Shown here: positions 19,928-29,888 of the stretch, in pieces
Layout: the number at the start of each line of letters is the position of its first letter
Numbering within the stretch: the stretch's first letter is position 1
Source: an uncultured Methylophilaceae bacterium
GTDB taxonomy: Bacteria; Pseudomonadota; Gammaproteobacteria; Burkholderiales; Methylophilaceae
NCBI GenBank assembly: GCA_903863255.1
Contig: CAIPBJ010000093.1
Location: 60,654-124,653 of the forward strand
Length of the DNA: 64,000 nt
Reading direction: 5' to 3'
Made by a program: the position numbers and the translations under genes
The notes under the pieces: model-generated
What the model saw: only the letters and a program-made list of their open reading frames with translations
What the model was told of the DNA's origin: nothing
The model's database searches: none

Positions 19928-21973
19928 TTAAGAAAACATCCCATTGTGTCTTAGAAGTGCATCGATGCTTGGATCTCGTCCACGAAACGCTACAAAAGAT
20001 TCGAGGGCAGGGCGGGAGCCTCCTTTTGAAAGAATTTCACGCCAGAATCGATGACCGATTTCGGGAGAAAGTACGCCATTTTCTTCGAACATGCTGTATG
20101 CGTCTGCTGATAAAACCTCTGCCCATTTATAACTGTAATAGCCGGCAGCATAACCGCCTGCAAATATATGGGAAAAGCTATTAGGAAATCTATTCCATTT
20201 AGGAGGTCTGATAACGGAAATCTCATCTCTCACTTCTTCAATCAAATCGGTAACCGTTTTTTTACCAAACGGATCAAATTCTGAATGCAAACGCATATCG
20301 AATAATGCAAATTCTACTTGCCGTAAGGTTTGCATGCCTGCTTGAAAGTTTTTTGCAGCTACCATCTTGTCGAACAGATGACGGGGGAGATTTTCACCTG
20401 TCTCGACATGTTTAGTCATATGTTTAAGTACTTCCCATTCCCAACAGTAATTTTCCATAAACTGGCTGGGTAGTTCAACTGCATCCCATTCCACACCTTT
20501 GATTCCGGAAACGCTGTATTCATCAACTTGTGTCAGCATATGGTGCAAGCCATGTCCAAATTCGTGGAAGAGGGTGATAACTTCATCATGTGTAAATAAA
20601 GCCTGCTTGTCTCCGATTGGAGGTGAGAAGTTACAGGTTAGGAAAGCGACAGGGTAGTCGAGCGTGTTGGTTTTTTTTCTTCGGGTGATTGCTTCATCCA
20701 TCCATGCACCACCCCGTTTATTGTTTCTGGCATACAAATCCAGATAAAATTGTCCAACAAGTGATCCGTCTGAATTGGTTATCTCGAAAAATTTAACATC
20801 TTGATGCCATGTTTGTGCATGGGATATCTTTATCTGGACACAAAAAATGGTTTCGATAACTTTGAACAATCCCTTAAGAACTTGTTGTTCCGGGAAATAT
20901 TTTTTAACTTCTTGATCCGAAAACGAATATTTTTGCTCTCTGAGTTTTTCGGAAACGTATGCAACATCCCAGGCTTCCATCTGCGCAAGACCAAGTTGTT
21001 TTGAAAATGCGGTGAGTTCTTGCATGTCGGAAATTGCAAAAGGGCGTGCCTTTTTTGCAACTGTGTCGAGAAAGGAAATAACTTCACCAGGTGTATTGGC
21101 CATTTTGGAGGCTAATGAAACCTCTGCATAATTCTTATAGCCAAGTAACTGTGCTTCTTCAGATTTAAGTTTCAGGATGTCACTAATCAGTGATGAGTTA
21201 TCTAAATCTGGATTACCAAACTCCGAAGCACGAGTGGCATATGCACGATATAGTGTTTCCCGTAAATTGCGATTACCACAATATTGAAGGACAGGCATGT
21301 AGGATGGAGAATGGAGAGTAAATTTATACCCTGTCTTATTCTCTTCTTTCGCTGAATCGCTTGCAGCTTGAAGGCTATCATCAGGTAAACCTTCCAGATC
21401 GGCCTTATTCTCGATATATATCGCATAATTATTAATTGTATCTAGTAAATTCTCTTCAAACTTTGTGCTGAGTCTGGAGAGATCTTCCTGTATCTGCTTA
21501 AAGCGTAACTTTTTATCGGATGGTAATTCGGCACCTCCTAAGCGAAAATCACGAAGTTCATTTTCAACTATCTTTTTCTGTGAGCTAGTCAACAAATCAA
21601 ACGCTTTGCTATTTCTAAGTTCCTTGTATTTACTGTATAACCGTTCGTCTTGGGATAAGTCACTGAAGAAATCAGTTAGCTTGGGTAGATTGATATTGTA
21701 TGCTTCTCTTAATTCCGGCGTGTTAACAACGGAATTAAGATGACCAACTTGGGACCAGGTTCGAGAAATCTTCTCTTGCATATCCTCTAATTTAACCAAA
21801 AAGTTCTCCCAGTTTGGATTTGAATCCGATTTTGCCAGGGATTCAATTTCATTCCTCGCATGATTCAATAGTTCATCCATTGCTGGGGTAACATGCTCAG
21901 GAGAGATTTCATTAAATTTAGGTAATCCGTCGAAGCAAAGAAGCGGATTAGGCAAAGTAGAATTTGAAGACAA
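19928..21973 (-). CDS. prlC: Oligopeptidase A (M3 family)
   Basis: 681 aa with the zinc motif HEFGHGLHH and M3-typical FxGGYAAGYYSY. Confidence 0.93.
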   Translation of the reverse strand: MSSNSTLPNPLLCFDGLPKFNEISPEHVTPAMDELLNHARNEIESLAKSDSNPNWENFLVKLEDMQEKISRTWSQVGHLNSVVNTPELREAYNINLPKLTDFFSDLSQDERLYSKYKELRNSKAFDLLTSSQKKIVENELRDFRLGGAELPSDKKLRFKQIQEDLSRLSTKFEENLLDTINNYAIYIENKADLEGLPDDSLQAASDSAKEENKTGYKFTLHSPSYMPVLQYCGNRNLRETLYRAYATRASEFGNPDLDNSSLISDILKLKSEEAQLLGYKNYAEVSLASKMANTPGEVISFLDTVAKKARPFAISDMQELTAFSKQLGLAQMEAWDVAYVSEKLREQKYSFSDQEVKKYFPEQQVLKGLFKVIETIFCVQIKISHAQTWHQDVKFFEITNSDGSLVGQFYLDLYARNNKRGGAWMDEAITRRKKTNTLDYPVAFLTCNFSPPIGDKQALFTHDEVITLFHEFGHGLHHMLTQVDEYSVSGIKGVEWDAVELPSQFMENYCWEWEVLKHMTKHVETGENLPRHLFDKMVAAKNFQAGMQTLRQVEFALFDMRLHSEFDPFGKKTVTDLIEEVRDEISVIRPPKWNRFPNSFSHIFAGGYAAGYYSYKWAEVLSADAYSMFEENGVLSPEIGHRFWREILSKGGSRPALESFVAFRGRDPSIDALLRHNGMFS

Positions 21974-21983
21974 TTAGAATTCC

Positions 21984-22322
21984 TTAATTTATTAAACGTA
22001 AAGTCAGAGGGTATCGATAGGTTTCTGCTTTGCTACTCGAAATCGCTCCGAAAATACAAAGCACTATATTGGCAAACCATAAAATCCCAATTAAAACGAA
22101 TCCAATCAGTACGAAAGTTAAAACGTAAGCTATAAAATATAAAATTATCAAGGTTATCTGGAAATTTAATGCTTCACGTGCTTGCTCAGATACAAAAATA
22201 TTGCTGCGACGAGAAGTAAGCCAAATTAATAAACTTGGGAATATACTAAACATTGTTCCACCCAAATGGGCAATAACAGCTAAGTTCTTATCATCTGCAC
22301 TAATGTTTTCTATATCTGACAT
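21984..22322 (-). CDS. DUF4870-like small membrane protein
   Basis: 112 aa, about 3 TM segments, with AVIAHLGG...P near the N-terminus typical of DUF4870. Confidence 0.6.
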   Translation of the reverse strand: MSDIENISADDKNLAVIAHLGGTMFSIFPSLLIWLTSRRSNIFVSEQAREALNFQITLIILYFIAYVLTFVLIGFVLIGILWFANIVLCIFGAISSSKAETYRYPLTLRLIN

Positions 22323-22335
22323 ATCATTCCAGTTA

Positions 22336-24063
22336 TTACAAGAGATTCATTTTTTCCAGTAAAGGTTCAATTCTCTCACTATCTTGTGATGAGATGATCT
22401 TCTTTGCGATCGGAAGCAGCTTTGGAAGATCGGTCTGAAGCACTTGCTTCTTAACCGTTAATATATTGGAAGGGTGCATTGAGAAATTACGTAAGCCCAG
22501 ACCTAGTAGCAAACGAGTAAGTTTTACATCCCCTGCCATTTCACCACATACTGAGACAGGCTTATTTAATTTTTGACCTGCTCGAATGGTCATTTCTACC
22601 AGTTGTATGATTGCTGGGTGTATAGGGTTGTATAAATGCGAAACAGTATCGTCAGTACGATCAATTGCAAGCGAATACTGAATCAAGTCATTTGTTCCAA
22701 TTGACAAGAAGTCCAATTCCCTTGCGAATGCCTCCGCACAGAGAGCCGCCGCAGGTATTTCAATCATTCCTCCAACCTTAATGTCTTTTTGGAACGGCTG
22801 GTTTTCTTGGATCAAGCTTTTTTTTGCCTTATCCAGCAATGTCATTGTTTGCCTGAGTTCATAGATAGATGAAAGCATTGGGATAAGAATTTTGATATTC
22901 CCGTAGTGCGATGCCCGTAATAATGCCCTTAATTGAAGATGAAACATTTGTGGCTCAGAAAGACAAAATCTTATGGCTCTTAATCCAAGTGCTGGGTTTG
23001 TGCAAGTTCTAGCGTTATCAGGATTGATTTCTTTATCGGCTCCTAAATCGAGCGTACGAATTGTAACTGGCAAACCGTCCATGGCTTCAGCGACGTTCTT
23101 ATAAGCTAGAAATTGCTCTTCCTCATCAGGCATTTCCCGTCGATTCATGAAAAGAAACTCGGTTCGGTATAGGCCGACACCAGTTGCCCCTACAGATTTA
23201 ACGTTTACAACGTCCTCAGGAACCTCAATATTTGCATGCAATTCGACCTGAGTTCCATCCAAAGTTACCGCTTTGGTCAATTTAATTCGTTTTAATTTCT
23301 GCTTTTCAATTTCCCATTGTTCTTGCTTTAGCTTATATTCTGAAAGGGTATCTTTGTCGGGATTAACAATCACGACACCTTGGTTTCCATCGACGATTAC
23401 CAGTTCACCATCACGTATCAAGGAACGTGCTCGTTGCAACGCGACTATAGAAGGAATACTTAAGCTACGAGCTAAAATTGCAGTATGTGAAGTGGCGCCA
23501 CCAACGTCAGTAATGAATGCAGCGAATTGATGTTGCTTAAACTGAATTGCATCCGCGGGTGATATATCGTAAGCGACTAGAATAATCGCTTTTTCCTGCT
23601 CTTGAATTGCAACTTGGCTAGGATGGCCAAGCAAAACCTTTATGACACGCTCCACCACTTGCACTACATCGTGTTTTCGCTCCCTTAGGTAATCATCCTC
23701 GATCTCATCGAATTGGGAGACAATATTTTCCATCTGTTGTTTAAGAGCCCATTCTGCATTGCATGATTCGGATTCGATGATCCTGATAGGCATTTCAGAT
23801 AGAGTGTGGTCTGCGAGAAGCATTAGGTGCGTACTTACAAAAGCAGCCAGTTCTGCTGGTGCTTTCGCTGGTAATTGGCTGCGAACGGATTCAAGGTCAT
23901 CTCTTACTGTTGAGACTGCCTCCTTAAACCGAGCGATTTCCTGTTTTATAAGGTTTTTGGGAACTTTATATTGAACAACTTCAAGCAGGGCGTGAGATAC
24001 AAGATGCGCATGCCCTATGGCAATGCCCCCTGATACCCCAACTCCATGCATGCTGAAACTCAT
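22336..24063 (-). CDS. ptsI: Phosphoenolpyruvate-protein phosphotransferase (PTS enzyme I, no GAF domain)
   Basis: 575 aa with phospho-His context GGATSHTAILARS and C-terminal GTNDLIQY. There is no N-terminal GAF domain, so it is PtsI-type rather than PtsP. Confidence 0.92.
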   Translation of the reverse strand: MSFSMHGVGVSGGIAIGHAHLVSHALLEVVQYKVPKNLIKQEIARFKEAVSTVRDDLESVRSQLPAKAPAELAAFVSTHLMLLADHTLSEMPIRIIESESCNAEWALKQQMENIVSQFDEIEDDYLRERKHDVVQVVERVIKVLLGHPSQVAIQEQEKAIILVAYDISPADAIQFKQHQFAAFITDVGGATSHTAILARSLSIPSIVALQRARSLIRDGELVIVDGNQGVVIVNPDKDTLSEYKLKQEQWEIEKQKLKRIKLTKAVTLDGTQVELHANIEVPEDVVNVKSVGATGVGLYRTEFLFMNRREMPDEEEQFLAYKNVAEAMDGLPVTIRTLDLGADKEINPDNARTCTNPALGLRAIRFCLSEPQMFHLQLRALLRASHYGNIKILIPMLSSIYELRQTMTLLDKAKKSLIQENQPFQKDIKVGGMIEIPAAALCAEAFARELDFLSIGTNDLIQYSLAIDRTDDTVSHLYNPIHPAIIQLVEMTIRAGQKLNKPVSVCGEMAGDVKLTRLLLGLGLRNFSMHPSNILTVKKQVLQTDLPKLLPIAKKIISSQDSERIEPLLEKMNLL

Positions 24064-24332
24064 TATTCCGGCTCACCAAAACGTGAATTAATTAAATTGA
24101 TTAGCGCATCTAAAGCCGGTATCTCGTCTGCTCCATTTGTTTCCAGGATAACCTTGCTACCTTTGCTTGCGGCCAACATCATCACGCCCATAATACTTTT
24201 TGCATTCACTCGCCGGCCATTTCTTTCAATCCATATTTCACATGAATACTGACTTGCAGTCTGTGTTAATTTAGTGGAAGCACGAGCATGAAGGCCAAGT
24301 TTATTTATGATTTCTATTTCATGCTTAATCAT
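24063..24332 (-). CDS. ptsH: Phosphocarrier protein HPr
   Basis: 89 aa with a His15 context (GLHARAS) and a Ser46 context (NAKSIMGVM) suited to HprK phosphorylation. Its stop overlaps the ptsI start by 1 nt. Confidence 0.9.
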   Translation of the reverse strand: MIKHEIEIINKLGLHARASTKLTQTASQYSCEIWIERNGRRVNAKSIMGVMMLAASKGSKVILETNGADEIPALDALINLINSRFGEPE

Positions 24333-24738
24333 GCCTGTTACCTTTGCACGCTTCTTCCGTAAAATGAATCACACCATCTCGGCCACCGCTTAGAGCTTTC
24401 AAAGCGAGATCTTTTATATCACCGTTTCGGTAAGTTAACGCCCTAACTAACATCGGTAAATTGACTCCGGCAACACCTTCAACATGACCGGGATTCATAA
24501 GTTTTGTAACAATGTTGCAAGGAGTGGCACCGTAAATGTCGGAAAGTATTAATACCCCGTCACCCTTATCCAGTTCATTGACCAGTTCTTTCGCGATTTG
24601 CAGGACTTCTACTGGATCGTCATTTGTTTCTACGCCAAGATGTTTTAATAACGGAGGACATTCACCCATGACATGGGTTGCACTATTTATCAAACTTTCC
24701 CCTAAATTTTGGTGCGATATAATTAATATACCAATCAT
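24325..24738 (-). CDS. PTS EIIA component, mannose/fructose family
   Basis: 137 aa. The N-terminal MIGILIISHQNLG carries the phosphorylatable His of EIIA-Man. It overlaps ptsH by 8 nt. Confidence 0.8.
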   Translation of the reverse strand: MIGILIISHQNLGESLINSATHVMGECPPLLKHLGVETNDDPVEVLQIAKELVNELDKGDGVLILSDIYGATPCNIVTKLMNPGHVEGVAGVNLPMLVRALTYRNGDIKDLALKALSGGRDGVIHFTEEACKGNRHD

Positions 24739-24842
24739 TGATTCCCTCTGCTTACATTTATGTTTCTATATGAATTTAATCAGTAAAAGTATTGAGATAA
24801 TCTGGATACAAAAATCTAGCATGCTAACTTGAATTGTTGTCT

Positions 24843-25682
24843 TCAAATTATTTCCAATTCTCGGTGGCGTATTAAAACTTTCTGCTCCCCATTAGAAAAT
24901 TCCTTACCAAGTTCTTCAACCAAGTAAACCGAGCGGTGTTGGCCCCCAGTGCATCCTATTGCAACTGTGAGGTAGCTCCTGTTATCCCTGACGAAACTGG
25001 GTAGCCATTTTGATATAAATTGACTAATGTCTTGGTACATTTGATGAACAATTTCATGTTTATCAAGAAACTCTTTAACAGGCGCATCCCTTCCTGTTAA
25101 CGGTCTTAAAATGGGATCGTAGTGAGGATTAGGCAACGATCGAACATCAAAAACAAAATCTGCATCCAGTGGAATGCCATGTTTGAATCCAAAAGATGAA
25201 AACAGCAAGGTTAATCCATTATTATCTTGGCTAACAAAGTCCTTTACCCATCCTCTTAATGTGTTGGCGCTCAAGTTACTTGTATCGATGTGATGACCCA
25301 GTTCTGCTAAGGAGTTGAGCAATTGTTTCTCATTCTGGATACTTTCTGCCAATGTGGTATTGTCATTGCTGAGTGGGTGCCTTCGGCGTGTCTCGCTAAA
25401 TCGTTTAACAAGGGATTCCAGAGAAGCCTCTAGGAATAGCACTTTAAGATCAATTCCCTGTGACCTTAGAATGGATATGTTTTCAGGAAGTTTTTCAATG
25501 GCGACACTTCTCATATCCACGCTAATTGCAATACGTTGCTGCGTAGCACTGAGATGTTGCGATATTTCAGGTAAAAGGCTGGCAGGCAAATTATCGATAC
25601 AATAGTACCCGCTATCCTCAAGGGCTCGTAGCACTATACTTTTACCTGAACCGGAAAGACCGGTAACAATGATTAATTGCAT
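24843..25682 (-). CDS. rapZ: RNase adapter protein RapZ
   Basis: P-loop GLSGSGKS, C-terminal CTGGQHRSV motif, and position after hprK. Confidence 0.92.
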   Translation of the reverse strand: MQLIIVTGLSGSGKSIVLRALEDSGYYCIDNLPASLLPEISQHLSATQQRIAISVDMRSVAIEKLPENISILRSQGIDLKVLFLEASLESLVKRFSETRRRHPLSNDNTTLAESIQNEKQLLNSLAELGHHIDTSNLSANTLRGWVKDFVSQDNNGLTLLFSSFGFKHGIPLDADFVFDVRSLPNPHYDPILRPLTGRDAPVKEFLDKHEIVHQMYQDISQFISKWLPSFVRDNRSYLTVAIGCTGGQHRSVYLVEELGKEFSNGEQKVLIRHRELEII

Positions 25683-25685
25683 AGT

Positions 25686-26642
25686 TTAACTTTGCTTCTT
25701 TCGAGACGTTTTCAGAATTTCACGTGATTGACGTTCCATGAACTGCTTTGTTCCGTTAACCCCCCGAATTAATAGCATGTGATTACGAACGGCCACCTCG
25801 ACTAGCACCGCGATGTTTCGTCCAGCAGCAACAGGTATCATTACTTTAGGTATTTTTACACCCAGCAATTTCTCATTATAGGATTTGATTTTAAGTCGGT
25901 CTAACATTTGCGGTAAAAGAGTCTCAGCTAGTTCAAGCTGAATGATTAAATCAAGGGGTTTGGTTGGCTTGACAGCATTGTCACCAAAAAGAGCCCGAAT
26001 ATTCAAAATCCCTAAACCGCGAACCTCAAGAAAATCCTGAAGTAACGTTGGGCAGCGTCCCTCAATGAGATCTGGCGAAACCTTGAAGAAATCCACAATA
26101 TCGTCCGCGACTAAACGATGACCACGCGATATTAATTCCAGAGCGAGCTCGCTTTTACCAATAGCAGGGTTACCCTTTATTAGCACGCCAAAACCTTGGA
26201 CTTCCATGAATACACCGTGGGAACTTACAGACTCCGCAACCGCCTGAGCGAGATAATGACTAAGGATGTCCATAAGTTCTGGACTTCTTAATGGCGAAGT
26301 AAAGAGTGGAGTCAGGTGTTGATTGGAAGTTTCAATCAATTCTATTGGTGCACTTTCTCCATTAGCGATAATAATTGCCGCAAGATCCGTAGAAAAGAGA
26401 TTATTAATCGATTGATTCATCTCTTCCTGATCGAGACCACGCAAATAGTCCATTTCAGCGCATCCTAAGACCTGAACTCTATTTGGATGAACAAAATTCA
26501 AATGACCAATTAAGGCTAAAGAAGGCTTGGTGACAGTCTCGCTTGTCAGCGTATTTTCACCTCCAGCTAATCCAGCGACCCAATGGAGTTTTAATTTTTT
26601 TCGTGTGTCATGAAAAAGCTGGTTTACACTGATTTGTGCCAT
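25686..26642 (-). CDS. hprK: HPr kinase/phosphorylase
   Basis: P-loop GNPAIGKSELALEL and LVADD. The start at inner Met 11 (MAQISVNQLF...) is preferred because the ORF-track start at 26672 falls inside a perfect stem-loop. Confidence 0.92.
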   Translation of the reverse strand: MAQISVNQLFHDTRKKLKLHWVAGLAGGENTLTSETVTKPSLALIGHLNFVHPNRVQVLGCAEMDYLRGLDQEEMNQSINNLFSTDLAAIIIANGESAPIELIETSNQHLTPLFTSPLRSPELMDILSHYLAQAVAESVSSHGVFMEVQGFGVLIKGNPAIGKSELALELISRGHRLVADDIVDFFKVSPDLIEGRCPTLLQDFLEVRGLGILNIRALFGDNAVKPTKPLDLIIQLELAETLLPQMLDRLKIKSYNEKLLGVKIPKVMIPVAAGRNIAVLVEVAVRNHMLLIRGVNGTKQFMERQSREILKTSRKKQS

Positions 26643-26660
26643 GATTAAGAAATTCAATAC

Positions 26661-26686
26661 ACCGATCTGCAAATTAGCAGATCGGT
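26661..26686 (-). promoter_or_regulatory. Perfect 10-bp stem-loop between hpf and hprK
   Basis: ACCGATCTGC (26661-26670), 6-nt loop, GCAGATCGGT (26677-26686). There is no strong U-tract on the minus-strand transcript, so it is more likely an attenuator or processing/stability element than a full terminator. Confidence 0.5.
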
Positions 26687-26735
26687 TTGTATATTAAATA
26701 AAGTTAAAAAAGATAACATTATTTTAGGATGACAT

Positions 26736-27062
26736 TTACTCTTGCTGTTGGTGTTTTAATGCACCATTGACTTTGTGATGGTCTCCATGCTTCTCTTTGT
26801 GCTTTAGTACTTGTCGATCTAATTTGTCGGCCAAGTTGTCTATAGCGCTATACATGTTTTCATCACTGCTTTCAGCGTGGAGATCATTACCTGGAACATG
26901 AAGGGTAGCTTCTACCTTTTGAATCAGCTTTTCTACACTCATTGTAATTTTAATATCGATCACATGATCAAAGTGATTGCTTACTCTTGCTAGCTTGCTT
27001 TGTATATATTCACGTAAAGCAGGAGTAATTTCCAAGTGATGGCCGGTTAAGTGTAGATTCAT
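26736..27062 (-). CDS. hpf: Ribosome hibernation promoting factor
   Basis: From the inner Met the product starts MNLHLTGHHLEITPALREYI, a typical HPF/YhbH start, preceded by a strong AAGGAGA Shine-Dalgarno. It follows rpoN. Confidence 0.92.
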   Translation of the reverse strand: MNLHLTGHHLEITPALREYIQSKLARVSNHFDHVIDIKITMSVEKLIQKVEATLHVPGNDLHAESSDENMYSAIDNLADKLDRQVLKHKEKHGDHHKVNGALKHQQQE

Positions 27063-27091
27063 AGTTGTCTCCTTGTTAAAAAAACACAAAT

Positions 27092-28543
27092 CTATAACGA
27101 TTTGCGTTGGTTGGCCGCGGGAATATTTAATGACTCGCGGTATTTAGCTATCGTGCGTCTGGCGACTACGATACCTTGTTTGCTTAAAATTTCAGTCAAC
27201 TGATTGTCTGAAAGTGGTTTCTTTGTATTCTCTTCAGCGATCATTTGCTTGATAAGTGCACGAATTGCTGTTGCCGAACAGGCCCCACCCGTATCAGTGG
27301 ATACATGACTGCCAAAGAAATATTTAAGCTCATATACTCCTCTTGGAGTAAGCATGTACTTTCGTGTCGTGACCCTTGAAACAGTTGATTCATGTAAGCC
27401 TAATTCATCAGCTATTTCCCTCAGAACCAAAGGTCTCATTGCCACTTCACCATGTTCAAAGAAGTTACGCTGCCTATCAACTATAGCTTGGGAAACACGT
27501 AAAATCGTAGAAAACCGTTGTTGTATGTTTTTTATCATCCATTTTGCTTCTTGCATTTGGCTTGTCAAGTAATTGCTTGAACTGTCGCGATTTCTCTTGA
27601 GAATATCCGCATAGAGCTGATTAATGCGCAACTTGGGGATCACCTCATCATTTAGAGTGGCAATCCATATACCCTTGACTTTCTTTACAAGGATTTCATG
27701 CTGAATATAGTGGTCGGAAGAGAGCGTAATGAATTCATATCCAGGCTTCGGATTGAGTTTCACTAGAATTTGTTGAGCCTGACGCAAAGAATCATCATCA
27801 CAATGAAGAACTTTCTTAAGTCTCACAAAGTCGCGACTTGCCAGTAACTGAAGATGGGATTCCGCGAGTGATTTTGCTAACTCGAGGTAAGGGGTATCCA
27901 CTGGCATGGTATCTAATTGCAATGATAAACACTCGGACAAATTTCTTGCACCTATTCCGGGAGGATCCAAATGCTGAATATGTTTTAGTGCAGTTTGCAA
28001 CTCAAGTAAATCTACTTCCAGTTCTTCCGGAAGGTTGGCAAGTAGCTCATCGAGTCCTTGGTCTAGATAGCCATCATCATTGATTGCATCAACCAAGTAT
28101 ACCAATAAGGTCTGATCTCTTTCGGAAAGAGGCATGAGCTTTAATTGACCAATTAAATGATCTCTAAGGGTAAGTGTAACTGATTCCTGATATCTGAACT
28201 CGCCATCTTCATCGTTACCGTTGTTCTCTTCCCATCGATTGGCAATGCCGGTGCTCTCATAATATTCAGTTTCAATATTATCCTGATTTGAAGTTATTGA
28301 ACTTTCATTCTCACTTGTGTTTTCTTGGGTGTCAGGTTGAGAAGGAGACTGTATGAAATTATCAGAGGTATTGTTACTGCCTTCATTTTTATCAATTCGC
28401 TCCAAGAGCGGGTTTTCTTGAATGATGATTTCCAGCTCTTGATTCAATTCCTGAGTTGAAAGTTGCAACAATCTAATTGATTGCTGCAATTGCGGTGTTA
28501 GAGCAAGATGCTGTGAAAATCTTAGTTGTAAACTTTGTTTCAT
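27092..28543 (-). CDS. rpoN: RNA polymerase sigma-54 factor
   Basis: Region I is LQLRFSQHLALTPQLQQSIRLLQLS, followed by an acidic region II, and an RpoN box ARRTIAKYRESL. It appears full length (483 aa). Confidence 0.95.
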   Translation of the reverse strand: MKQSLQLRFSQHLALTPQLQQSIRLLQLSTQELNQELEIIIQENPLLERIDKNEGSNNTSDNFIQSPSQPDTQENTSENESSITSNQDNIETEYYESTGIANRWEENNGNDEDGEFRYQESVTLTLRDHLIGQLKLMPLSERDQTLLVYLVDAINDDGYLDQGLDELLANLPEELEVDLLELQTALKHIQHLDPPGIGARNLSECLSLQLDTMPVDTPYLELAKSLAESHLQLLASRDFVRLKKVLHCDDDSLRQAQQILVKLNPKPGYEFITLSSDHYIQHEILVKKVKGIWIATLNDEVIPKLRINQLYADILKRNRDSSSNYLTSQMQEAKWMIKNIQQRFSTILRVSQAIVDRQRNFFEHGEVAMRPLVLREIADELGLHESTVSRVTTRKYMLTPRGVYELKYFFGSHVSTDTGGACSATAIRALIKQMIAEENTKKPLSDNQLTEILSKQGIVVARRTIAKYRESLNIPAANQRKSL

Positions 28544-28556
28544 TGTTTCATTCCGC

Positions 28557-29279
28557 TTAGAGGCGGAAATCCTTACCTAAATAAACTTCCCTTACGCTTT
28601 CATTTGCAATGATCTCGCTAGGCGAGCCAGACGCAAAAACCCGCCCTTCATTGACAATGTATGCATTATCACAGATACCAAGTGTTTCCCTAACATTGTG
28701 GTCTGTAATGAGGACACCAATATTTCGCTTTGTAAGAAACTGGATAATTTTTTGAATATCTAAAACAGCTATAGGGTCAATACCGGCAAACGGTTCATCT
28801 AATAATATAAAACTAGGATTTGTAGCTAGACATCTCGCAATTTCAACGCGACGCCTTTCCCCTCCAGACAAGCTGATAGCAAGATTATCACGAATTTGCG
28901 TGATATGAAGATCATGAAGAAGTTTCTCCAATTGCTCTTCCATCTCTTCGCGTGGAATCTTCCTCAATTCAAGAATAGCCATGATATTCTCAGCTGTAGT
29001 TAACTTCCGGAAAATTGACGGTTCCTGAGGAAGGTAGGAAAGACCCATATGCGCTCTTTGGTGTATGGGTAATCGACTTATGTCTTTACCATCCATTATT
29101 ATGCGACCATCATCAGCAGGAACCAGTCCAACAATCATATAAAAGCTGGTTGTTTTTCCTGCCCCGTTTGGACCCAATAATCCAACTACTTGTCCGCTTG
29201 ATAGGCTTAAAGAAATATCTTGGACAACCGTACGTGCTTTGTACTTCTTTTTAAGACCTTCAACTATTAATTCACTCAT
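28557..29279 (-). CDS. lptB: LPS export ABC transporter ATP-binding protein
   Basis: Walker [10 protein letters not shown], signature LSGGERRR, Walker B LLDEP. The inner Met ([11 protein letters not shown]) is the likely start; the ORF-track start adds 14 hydrophobic residues. Confidence 0.95.
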   Translation of the reverse strand: MSELIVEGLKKKYKARTVVQDISLSLSSGQVVGLLGPNGAGKTTSFYMIVGLVPADDGRIIMDGKDISRLPIHQRAHMGLSYLPQEPSIFRKLTTAENIMAILELRKIPREEMEEQLEKLLHDLHITQIRDNLAISLSGGERRRVEIARCLATNPSFILLDEPFAGIDPIAVLDIQKIIQFLTKRNIGVLITDHNVRETLGICDNAYIVNEGRVFASGSPSEIIANESVREVYLGKDFRL

Positions 29280-29340
29280 TGTAAGTTTAGTGTATCCCAA
29301 TAATGCTGCTAATAAGAACAATATTAATTTATTCTAACTT

Positions 29341-29886
29341 CTAGTTTGATTTATCACTTTCAATCGCTTTTTTTCTGGGTTGAATGATGGCTTTCACCCT
29401 TCCATTAGGCGTGCTTGGCGATATCGCTTGGGGCCCTCCACCAATAACTTCAGAATATTCAGCATTCGCGTCATACATAATGTAATCACCATGAACAATA
29501 TCTTCAGCTCGCTTTACCCAGGCTTTCGTGAACAATTGTACTTTTCCCATGCGTCCATCGTACTCAATTCTTTGGGCGCTTCCTTCCATAAATTCATCTT
29601 TTCCCTCGCGCTTCTGCTTAAAGGTTGTCGGATTACCATAAGAACTGCTATGTTGGAAACCTTCCTTATCTTCAGTTACTACAAGTTTGTCTCCACGAAT
29701 GATAAGTGTTCCTTGGGTCAGAATAACGTTTCCACTGTAGACACTAGTTTTCTTTGCATCATTTACTGTAACAGTATCCGCTTCTAACTCGATTGGTTTG
29801 TCACGGTCAGCCTTTTCGGCATTGCTTGATGATGAGATTAAGAATAATGTCATGCAAAGGAGGAGATTGCGAAGAATATTAAACAT
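29341..29886 (-). CDS. lptA: LPS transport periplasmic protein LptA
   Basis: Signal peptide followed by OstA-like beta-jellyroll repeats. It lies between lptC and lptB. Confidence 0.85.
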   Translation of the reverse strand: MFNILRNLLLCMTLFLISSSSNAEKADRDKPIELEADTVTVNDAKKTSVYSGNVILTQGTLIIRGDKLVVTEDKEGFQHSSSYGNPTTFKQKREGKDEFMEGSAQRIEYDGRMGKVQLFTKAWVKRAEDIVHGDYIMYDANAEYSEVIGGGPQAISPSTPNGRVKAIIQPRKKAIESDKSN

Positions 29887-29888
29887 GG

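Noticed and set aside
29380-29787. 135-aa plus-strand ORF antisense to lptA. Similar antisense or alternative-frame ORFs occur at 32987-33343, 57437-57775, 47829-48176, 3114-3537 and 1086-1343.
   Set aside because: All lie entirely within, or straddle, strongly supported conserved genes. They have odd composition and no ribosome-binding sites, and are treated as frame shadows.
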